A stretch of 64,000 nt of DNA from Bradymonadia bacterium (GTDB lineage Bacteria; Myxococcota_A; Bradymonadia; UBA7976; UBA1532): positions 24,327 through 88,326 of the forward strand of contig JBKAGE010000071.1 in NCBI GenBank assembly GCA_046290225.1. The letters run 5' to 3'. Both the position numbers and the translations under genes were made by a program. Under the pieces are notes generated by a model. It did not search any database and was not told the origin of the DNA. It saw only the letters and a list, made by a program, of their open reading frames with translations. Positions 57,462 to 64,000 of this stretch are shown piece after piece. Position 1 is the first letter of the stretch. Every line of letters starts with the position of its first letter.

Positions 57462-58352
57462 TCAGAGATCCATGCCTTGGGTGAACTCGACGAGCCCCTG
57501 CACCACATCGGCGATCTGCGGGCGACTCGACAGACCACCTGGTGCGAATATCCGGCATGTGATGTCGATGCCAATCACATCTTCAAAGAGAGTATGCAGT
57601 GTCGGCATGTGCGTCATTGCGGGATGGGACATCGGCGGAGGAGAGAGGGCGATGGCGTAGCCGGTCAGAGCAGCGTGATCACAGAACGCGATGTCATCGG
57701 TGATGGCCACAGGGCTCACGGGCATCGTGCCGCCGTCGATGAGGGGCAATGTATCTCTGGGGCCCACCATCGAGCACGTGACGATGTCGTGTTTGGCGAG
57801 ATCCTCGATGGTCTCTGGCCGGCCCTTCCGGGCGATGTACATGTCCGATATTCGGAGGCGCAGAGGGATGTCCACCAGCTTGCGGGTGATCCAGACCCCT
57901 TCTTCAGGGATCTCGGTGTTCAGGGTGATGGCGAAGTCACCCTCGTGGGCGAGAGTGGCCAGGGCATCGTTTCTGATGCGCAGCCCGAAGTTGAGGCGTG
58001 GATTTCTACTGCGCAACATCTCGGCAATGCTGAACGCCAGCAGATGGCTCAACCCGGTCTGGATGATCACCACGACGGTCTGCTCAGGGGGCGCGATGGT
58101 GCCCCGTATCGACGACTCTACCTGCTCGGCATGCATCAGCAGGCGTCGGGCCAGCTCTTCCAGGGCGCGGCCTCGTTGGGTGAGCATCTGGGGCCGACTC
58201 TTGTCCACGAAGAGCGGGCAGTTGAGGCTGTCTTCCAGCGATTCGAGTCGCCGCCGCAGGGTAGAGCGTGGGGTGCCAGTGGCTTGAGCTGCCCCGCTCA
58301 GCGAGCCCACGTCGACCACGGCGACGAAGGCCCGCAGCTCATCGAGTTCCAT
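57462..58352 (-). CDS. LysR-family transcriptional regulator
   Basis: N-terminal HTH MELDELRAFVAVVDVGSLSGAAQATGTPRSTLRRRLESLE + C-terminal substrate-binding domain. Divergent from a small VOC gene. Confidence 0.8.
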   Translation of the reverse strand: MELDELRAFVAVVDVGSLSGAAQATGTPRSTLRRRLESLEDSLNCPLFVDKSRPQMLTQRGRALEELARRLLMHAEQVESSIRGTIAPPEQTVVVIIQTGLSHLLAFSIAEMLRSRNPRLNFGLRIRNDALATLAHEGDFAITLNTEIPEEGVWITRKLVDIPLRLRISDMYIARKGRPETIEDLAKHDIVTCSMVGPRDTLPLIDGGTMPVSPVAITDDIAFCDHAALTGYAIALSPPPMSHPAMTHMPTLHTLFEDVIGIDITCRIFAPGGLSSRPQIADVVQGLVEFTQGMDL

Positions 58353-58412
58353 CTGCGCTCTCGTTTTTGTTCGGATTCATGGTGCTCTGCTCTCCTGAGG
58401 TGTCGCAGAAAA

Positions 58413-58436
58413 ATCACATATGCTGGCTTGTGCGAT
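58413..58436. promoter_or_regulatory. Candidate LysR-type binding site (imperfect T-N11-A palindrome ATCACA-N10-TGTGcGAT) in the LysR/VOC divergent intergenic region
   Basis: atcacatatgctggcttgtgcgat lies between the divergent LysR (57462-58352, -) and VOC (58503-58910, +) genes. Confidence 0.3.
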
Positions 58437-58502
58437 CATCTTCAGTGATGCATACACGGTGACTAGACAAACGTTCACCTTTTTGCTGAGCCAGGAGACC
58501 AT

Positions 58503-58910
58503 ATGATCACCGCCATCCGTCCTTACATCAACTGTCGTGGCAACGCCGCCGAGGCCATCACCCTCTACGAGAAGGTGCTCGGAGCCGAGACCCAGAGCGT
58601 GATGCACTGGCGAGACATGCCCGGAGACGTGCCTGCTGGGCAGGCGCACCTCGTCATGCACGCCGAGCTGAAGGTGGGCGACACCGTGATCATGCTCAGC
58701 GACGCCCCCCACACACAGATCCCCGAGCCTCAAAGCCTAGTGCACATCAGCTTGCAGCTCAGCAAGCCTGAGATGGTGGACGAGATCTACGCCGCCTTCG
58801 CTGACGGGGGCGAGAGTCGGGTGAAGCCCGACAACACGTTCTGGAACGCTCGCTTCGCCATGGTGATCGATCGGTTCGGCATCGGCTGGATGCTCAACTG
58901 CGATCTGTGA
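58503..58910 (+). CDS. VOC-family protein (PhnB/glyoxalase-like)
   Basis: MITAIRPYINCRGNAAEAITLYEKVLGA...GDTVIMLSDAP...RFGIGWMLNCD is a typical PhnB-like 3-demethylubiquinone/glyoxalase-fold protein. RBS GGAGAC upstream. Confidence 0.65.
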   Translation: MITAIRPYINCRGNAAEAITLYEKVLGAETQSVMHWRDMPGDVPAGQAHLVMHAELKVGDTVIMLSDAPHTQIPEPQSLVHISLQLSKPEMVDEIYAAFADGGESRVKPDNTFWNARFAMVIDRFGIGWMLNCDL

Positions 58911-59040
58911 GAGAGGCTGAGAAAACTTTACGAAAGCCTCTGAATATCACGAGGTGCACCAACGTCGGCGGGCGCAGGCGTGCCCGAGCCGCCGTGCTCT
59001 ACGCGCCTGAGCGAAGACGAGAAACACACCTGGAGAGAGA

Positions 59041-59580
59041 ATGAAGACCATCCTCATGGCCCTGGCGCTGTCTTGCTGCGCCACCGTCGCCCACGCCAAG
59101 ATCAAGGGCAAGATCCTCAACTGCAGTGGCGAGAAGATCCGTATCAAAGTCTACGATGCCAAGGATGGTGTACGATCTGTCACATCTTCGGCCACCTCGC
59201 TCAAAGATGGCGAGTCGTGGAACTTCAAATGCAAGGGTCAGGGCAAGGGTTTTTGCCAGGTACAGGTTTGGGAGCCCGGCTGCGGCAGTGACAGTTTGGG
59301 CTACTTGCATAGGCTCAAGAGCAACGACACGCACGTGCTCGAAGCCACAGGTGAATGGCGCAAGAGCAGCAAGGAGTCGTCGGTGGGTGGCGACTACAAG
59401 TACCGTGGTCCCAAGATCAAGGTGAATAAAAACGAGGGTGACGATGCTGTCTGTGCAGGTCGCAAGATGATCTCGTGTGACAGCCCTGGAACATCTGCTC
59501 TACGCCCCACACCCAAGGCGGCTGGGGGGAACGCCAAGCCCAAGGCAACCAAACGCGCCAAGAAGAAAAAGAAGAAGTAG
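59041..59580 (+). CDS. Small basic Lys-rich, Cys-containing secreted protein (179 aa) with poly-Lys C-terminus
   Basis: Signal MKTILMALALSCCATVAHA. 8 Cys. Ends ...KATKRAKKKKKK. Lower local GC. Loosely resembles the 29633-30091 protein (signal ending AHA, IKV-K-V motifs). Confidence 0.55.
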   Translation: MKTILMALALSCCATVAHAKIKGKILNCSGEKIRIKVYDAKDGVRSVTSSATSLKDGESWNFKCKGQGKGFCQVQVWEPGCGSDSLGYLHRLKSNDTHVLEATGEWRKSSKESSVGGDYKYRGPKIKVNKNEGDDAVCAGRKMISCDSPGTSALRPTPKAAGGNAKPKATKRAKKKKKK

Positions 59581-59720
59581 CCAACAAGCTCAACCCCACC
59601 TGAGCGCATACTGTGATGAGGTGGGTAGAAATTCGACAATGTGGTGCGATCACCACAGCTGGTCTGGACCGCCGCGAGCAGATGAGGTAAACGCCCCCAT
59701 CTTCGACCCGCGGAGCGATC

Positions 59721-61550
59721 ATGAATCAGCACAACCCTGCCTCTGCCCCCCTCGGCCCCAATCAGATCAAGCCCGTCGATGTGGTGCAGATCGATCCGCC
59801 GCCCGCTGATCAGCGTTTCTGCCGTGAGGCGCGCTTTGCTGCTTCTGGAGAGCGCAAGACCCGGTACAGCCTGCCCACGGGGCTCAAGTCGCCTTCACCG
59901 GTGGGCTACCGTCATCGCGTGTCGTTCAGCGCTGAGCAGGCTCGGGAGATCATGCCGCTGCTGTCCATGACCCGCCCCACGGGTTTTGGGCCGGTGAGCA
60001 CGGTCACCGAGCAGGCCATGTTCGAGGAGTGCAGCCTGGGCATCATGTCGGCGCGGCAGTCCACCAACTACCGCGGCTTTCGGCAGGTGACCTTCGGCCC
60101 TGAGCGCTCCGCCGAGATCGCCGCGCTGCTGCGTCAGCTCGGCCGCCGTGAGGCCGAGGCCCTCGATGGGGCCACCCACACCCACCTGGTGCTCGGGCGG
60201 CCGTACCGCACCCCCTTCACCATGTTGCTCACCCTCGCCGGTCACAAGGCCTTCACCAGCCCTGTCACCGTGGCCAAGCGCATCCTCGACAAGAAGTTCC
60301 GCTTCGCCGACGACATCCCCACCATCGGCTACCTGCCTCACCTGCACGTGGGCATCCTCGCCGACGCCATGGAGCGGGCAGCGGTCGTCGCCTCGGTGGG
60401 GGAGCGTCGGGCTCAGGGCATGATGGCGCCTTTCTGTGGTGAGGCGGCGAAGGCCAACCGCAAGACCATCCGGGCCCTGGAGAAGCTGTGTGGCCTCACC
60501 GCCAAGGAGCGGGCTTCGGGGTGGCGCATGTGTCTCGCGGTGCAGGTGGGTACCGCCCTGCCCGGGCAGGGGGTCGAGCTCTCCGAGGAGACCGCCCGTC
60601 GCCTCGGGGCCAACCTGCTGGCGTTCCGCAGCGAGCGGATTCAGCCCGGCGTGAACCAGGAAGAGAGCGCCCCGGCGCCCTACCAGGTGCGTCAGGACAT
60701 GGACGTCTCCGAAGAGTTCGGCAACATGGTGGGGCGGGCGGCCTACAACGCCTTCGCCCACTGGACCGGCACCGAGCGTGACTCGGGGAAGTCGATGCTG
60801 CTGCTCGATCGCATCGACGTGCTCACCCCCGGCGGTAAGGGCCGGTTGCGGGCGATCCGCGGGGCCAACAACGCCATCACCGACCGTCTCATCAAAGATA
60901 TGCCCAAGTGGGCCGATGTGCCTGCGGGCCGTGCTTTCAGCAAGAACGCCGAGCGCGGTCGCAAGGCCTTCGCCCTCGTAGGGCAGCGCATCTACATCGG
61001 CGGCCTCTCCCGGGCAGAGATTCAAGCCTCGGGCCTCGAGTGGATCGCTGCCGTGCGCGCCGTGGGCGCCGCTGCTGGTCGTTCTGCACTCTACGCTGAG
61101 CTCATGGGGGCCACCGAGATCCCCGAGGGCTGCGATCTGCTCGCGGGCATCTGCCTCATGGCGGGCCCGGTGAACCAGAACGACATCGGCAAGACCTACT
61201 ACGGCATGCCCGATCTGCTCGCTGACACTTATGGTGATCGAGATCCCACCTCGCTGCTGGTCTGGACCCTCAAGGCCAAGACCGTGGCCGATCCCGTGGG
61301 CAACGAGGAGCAGCTGCTCAACCCCAAGCGCAAGGGCGCCCTCGTCGATCTACGCCCCGGGCCCCACGAGGTGGTGGAGATCGAGCAGCGGGGTCACCGC
61401 GCCCCCATGCGCAAGTCCGGTGAGTCGGTGAACGAAGAAAGAGCCTTCGCCGACGTCGATAACTTCGTCCGTGACGTCGACGGCACCTCCATCGAGGGCA
61501 ACGCCGGCAGCGCATGGCCCGGATCGAAGACCGTCCTCTGGGGAGGGTGA
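59721..61550 (+). CDS. Large hypothetical cytoplasmic protein (609 aa), no recognisable domain
   Basis: Long uninterrupted ORF with normal high-GC codon usage. No signal peptide, no NTPase or catalytic motif recognised. Confidence 0.5.
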   Translation: MNQHNPASAPLGPNQIKPVDVVQIDPPPADQRFCREARFAASGERKTRYSLPTGLKSPSPVGYRHRVSFSAEQAREIMPLLSMTRPTGFGPVSTVTEQAMFEECSLGIMSARQSTNYRGFRQVTFGPERSAEIAALLRQLGRREAEALDGATHTHLVLGRPYRTPFTMLLTLAGHKAFTSPVTVAKRILDKKFRFADDIPTIGYLPHLHVGILADAMERAAVVASVGERRAQGMMAPFCGEAAKANRKTIRALEKLCGLTAKERASGWRMCLAVQVGTALPGQGVELSEETARRLGANLLAFRSERIQPGVNQEESAPAPYQVRQDMDVSEEFGNMVGRAAYNAFAHWTGTERDSGKSMLLLDRIDVLTPGGKGRLRAIRGANNAITDRLIKDMPKWADVPAGRAFSKNAERGRKAFALVGQRIYIGGLSRAEIQASGLEWIAAVRAVGAAAGRSALYAELMGATEIPEGCDLLAGICLMAGPVNQNDIGKTYYGMPDLLADTYGDRDPTSLLVWTLKAKTVADPVGNEEQLLNPKRKGALVDLRPGPHEVVEIEQRGHRAPMRKSGESVNEERAFADVDNFVRDVDGTSIEGNAGSAWPGSKTVLWGG

Positions 61551-61642
61551 CTACGCTCGGCCTCTCAAAATGAGGCTCGACGAGAAAAGAAACTTCGGGC
61601 AGATGTGCATGACGTCAGCAATGACACGCTCTGGAGGCCCTC

Positions 61643-62416
61643 ATGTTTCGCACTCTTTTGCTCGCCACCCTGCTCGCACCGCTCACCATCGGCACCGCCC
61701 ACGCCGGTGATCCATGCCCCATCGACTTCACGTTCTATGATCTCGGCGCCCCCGAGTGGCTCGACCGTGGCGCGTTGCTCGATGCCCTGACCTCCAAGGA
61801 CAGCTGGATCGGCATCAGCTTCGGCAACGGAGACGGTGGGGTGAAGATCACCAACGTCTCTAACGGCAGCCCGGCGCAGAAGTCGGGCCTGAAGATCGGC
61901 GACGTCATCACCGAGGCCGGCGGCAAGGCTCAGGCGACTCACCAGGCCTTTGCACAGCAGCTGTCGGCCACCGCGCCCGGGGCTACGCTGCCCCTGAAGG
62001 TGAAGCGCGGTGAAGAGGTCGTCGACGTGCCGCTGACCTTGAGTCGTCAAGATCCGGTCATCGGCGCCCTCATCGATCACGCTTCGAGGAAAGACTGCGC
62101 CAAGGTCCGCCGCGGCGATCTCACCGAGGAGGCCCGCAAACAGGCCCTCGCAGCGGTGTTCGACGGTAAGCGCTTCCGCTGCAAAGACGCCCACAAGGCC
62201 CTGGCGAAGGCCAACATCGGCAACGAGACCTTCGAGGGCGGCGCCATCTTCGTGGTCCGGGGCAGCAAGCGGCTGTTGCTGGCCAACACCCAGTGGAAGA
62301 CCACCTGTATTCGGGCGAGCAAGTACGACGGCGACGCGCTCACCGATGAGTCCATTGGCAAGGTGTTCACCCGGCTCACCAAGGCCTTCGTCGCTGATCG
62401 GTTCGCGAACCCCTGA
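61643..62416 (+). CDS. Secreted PDZ-domain protein
   Basis: Signal MFRTLLLATLLAPLTIGTAHA. GVKITNVSNGSPAQKSGLKIGDVITEAGGKA is a PDZ carboxylate-binding loop + core. Confidence 0.65.
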   Translation: MFRTLLLATLLAPLTIGTAHAGDPCPIDFTFYDLGAPEWLDRGALLDALTSKDSWIGISFGNGDGGVKITNVSNGSPAQKSGLKIGDVITEAGGKAQATHQAFAQQLSATAPGATLPLKVKRGEEVVDVPLTLSRQDPVIGALIDHASRKDCAKVRRGDLTEEARKQALAAVFDGKRFRCKDAHKALAKANIGNETFEGGAIFVVRGSKRLLLANTQWKTTCIRASKYDGDALTDESIGKVFTRLTKAFVADRFANP

Positions 62417-62476
62417 CCCGTCGATCTCGCTGAGCGACTTCGGTAGAGTCCTCCGCCCCGATCTCGAGGAGGACCT

Positions 62477-62884
62477 ATGAACGACGCACTGTTTCACGAC
62501 GCCTTCTTCGACCTCACCCTACCTGCAGAGTTGTTCGACCATCAGGGCCACATCCGGCTGGCCTTCATCGTGTTGAGCCAGCGACCCTTCGGCGAAGCCC
62601 TCACGACATTGAGAGACGGGATACGGGCCTACGCCACCCACCTCGGCGCCCCGGAGAAGTACCACGAGACCATCACCGTGGCCTTCGCCAGCCTCGTCAA
62701 CGCCGCCATGGCCGAGGACGAGGCTCGAGGTCAGGCCTGTACTGATGGCTTGGCCTTCGCCGAGCGACACCCCGAGCTGCTCGACAGTGAGGTGCTCTAT
62801 CACCACTACGATCGAGCGACGCTGCACAGCGAGCAGGCCAAGCACGTGTTCCTCTTGCCGCGACGGATGAGCGCTGCGCCGTGA
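62477..62884 (+). CDS. Hypothetical protein (135 aa)
   Basis: ORF with good codon usage downstream of the PDZ gene. No motif recognised. Confidence 0.4.
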   Translation: MNDALFHDAFFDLTLPAELFDHQGHIRLAFIVLSQRPFGEALTTLRDGIRAYATHLGAPEKYHETITVAFASLVNAAMAEDEARGQACTDGLAFAERHPELLDSEVLYHHYDRATLHSEQAKHVFLLPRRMSAAP

Positions 62885-63046
62885 CTCTCATCACCCCACC
62901 GTACGGTGTGCGTATATGGCGACTGCTAGGCTGCACCCCTTGAGAGGGCCGCTGAGGCGCTCACGTACGCAGTCGTCATGGCTCAATTCAGGCCAAAGTC
63001 ATCTCTCGCCGATGTAGTTGAAGATAGTACGGGAGAGAGAAGCAAC

Positions 63047-64000
63047 ATGCGGACTTCATTGATACTGTGGTTGAGCGCCTGCGTAATGTCCACCGCCTCC
63101 GCCGCCCTGGCAGAGACACACCCTGGAGTCACTGAGGACTCAGTTCATTTTGGCCAGACCGCTGCCTTCGAAGGGCCCGCAGCTGCCCTGGGTCAGGGCA
63201 TGCGGTTGGGGCTGAAGGCCGCATTCGAAGAGGCCAACCGCGCCGGTGGCGTCAAAGGGCGAACACTCAAGCTCACAGATCTCGATGATGGCTACGAGCC
63301 CGAGCAGGCGGCGGCGAACACCCGGGCCCTCATCGACGAGCACAAGGTGTTTGCCCTCATCGGCACTGTGGGCACGCCCACGGCCAAGGTGATCCAGCCC
63401 CTGGCCACCAGCGCTGGCGTGCCTCTGGTAGGGCCCTTCACGGGTGCTGGCTTCCTCAGGGCCAAGGGCGTCTCCAATGTCATCAACGTACGGGCGAGCT
63501 ACGGCGCGGAAGCCGACACCTGGATCGAGCACCTGACCCGGACCGGGCACGAGCGCATCGCCATCCTGTTCCAGGACGATGGCTTTGGTCAGGCCGGGCG
63601 CACGGGGGTGCTCGCGGCGATGAAGAAGCGGGGGCTCTCCCTCGTGGCAGAGGGCAAATATCGCCGCAACACCGTCGCCGTGAAGACCGCGTTGTTGCAG
63701 ATCCGCCGGGCAAAGCCCGACGCCGTGGTCATGGTGGGTGCCTATCGGCCCTGCGCCGAGTTCATCACTTTGGCCAGGCAGTTGGGCCTCGACGCCACCT
63801 TCATGAACATCTCCTTCGTGGGCAGCGCTGCCCTGGCCAAGCGCCTCGGGGCAGGGGGCTTCGGGGTGATGGTGAGTCAGGTGGTGCCTTTCCCCAATGA
63901 CACGTCGCTGTCGCTGGTGAAGCAGTACCATGCGGCGCTCAAGGCTGTGGACGCTCAGGCAGAGCCCGGCTTCGTCTCCTTGGAAGGCTACATGGTGGGC
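63047..64000 (+). CDS. ABC transporter periplasmic substrate-binding protein, branched-chain amino acid (LivK/LivJ-like, type I PBP) family; 3' end beyond window
   Basis: Signal MRTSLILWLSACVMSTASAALA. HFGQTAAFEGPAAALGQGMRLGLKAAFEEANRAGGVKGRTLKL...DDGYEPEQAAANTRALIDEHKVFALIGTVGTP matches the Leu/Ile/Val-binding protein N-terminal lobe. Not in the ORF track because it has no in-window stop. Confidence 0.75.
   Translation, partial: MRTSLILWLSACVMSTASAALAETHPGVTEDSVHFGQTAAFEGPAAALGQGMRLGLKAAFEEANRAGGVKGRTLKLTDLDDGYEPEQAAANTRALIDEHKVFALIGTVGTPTAKVIQPLATSAGVPLVGPFTGAGFLRAKGVSNVINVRASYGAEADTWIEHLTRTGHERIAILFQDDGFGQAGRTGVLAAMKKRGLSLVAEGKYRRNTVAVKTALLQIRRAKPDAVVMVGAYRPCAEFITLARQLGLDATFMNISFVGSAALAKRLGAGGFGVMVSQVVPFPNDTSLSLVKQYHAALKAVDAQAEPGFVSLEGYMVG

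Noticed and set aside
63140-63931. 263-aa minus-strand ORF
   Set aside because: Antisense to the partial ABC substrate-binding protein gene, whose plus frame has a signal peptide and LivK-like motifs.
1-64000. CRISPR arrays, rRNA, tRNA, IS transposases, integrases
   Set aside because: Scanned both strands by eye for short direct-repeat/spacer periodicity, conserved rRNA blocks, tRNA cloverleaf anchors and DDE/tyrosine-recombinase motifs. None found. The palindromic elements have no recognisable transposase.

Overview
High-GC (~68%) chromosomal window with a clear Myxococcales (deltaproteobacterial) signature. Two secreted proteins end in MYXO-CTERM sorting tails (GC-x-C ... hydrophobic stretch ... 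RRRR). There are many lipoproteins and giant repeat proteins (pentapeptide, WD40+LRR, collagen-like, thrombospondin-type-3, Cys-rich repeats). I call about 45 genes. Recognisable ones include a truncated RND efflux permease plus its periplasmic adaptor, a PlsC-type acyltransferase, a GT39 membrane glycosyltransferase, NAD kinase, a membrane-anchored MutS-like ATPase, an AidB-like acyl-CoA dehydrogenase, an SDR, a catalase-family lipoprotein, a lipoprotein catalase-peroxidase KatG, TetR and LysR regulators, a SMUG1-like uracil-DNA glycosylase, RsmD, CHRD, PDZ and VOC proteins, and a partial ABC substrate-binding protein. I found no rRNA, tRNA or CRISPR array. The ORF track contains many long antisense ORFs typical of high-GC DNA. 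I rejected them wherever the opposite strand carried recognisable family motifs. The most unusual non-coding content is a family of long imperfect palindromic repeat elements sitting in convergent intergenic regions (7181-7620 and 32450-32990 are clearly related; 56321-56618 is a separate (GCACGG)5-containing palindrome). Other points worth attention: a SMUG1 locus where a diverged copy of the gene's 5' end is separated from the intact gene by a low-GC insert carrying an ORFan; a likely frameshifted secreted-protein gene; two Lys-rich small secreted proteins in low-GC pockets; a minus-strand cluster (OMP - TetR - DUF4214/phosphodiester-glycosidase lipoprotein - RNI-like LRR - 1134-aa putative (alpha/alpha)6 glycosidase-like protein); and several large ORFans. 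Functional calls come from motif recognition by eye only. No database search was possible. Coordinates of re-assigned starts may be off by a few bases.
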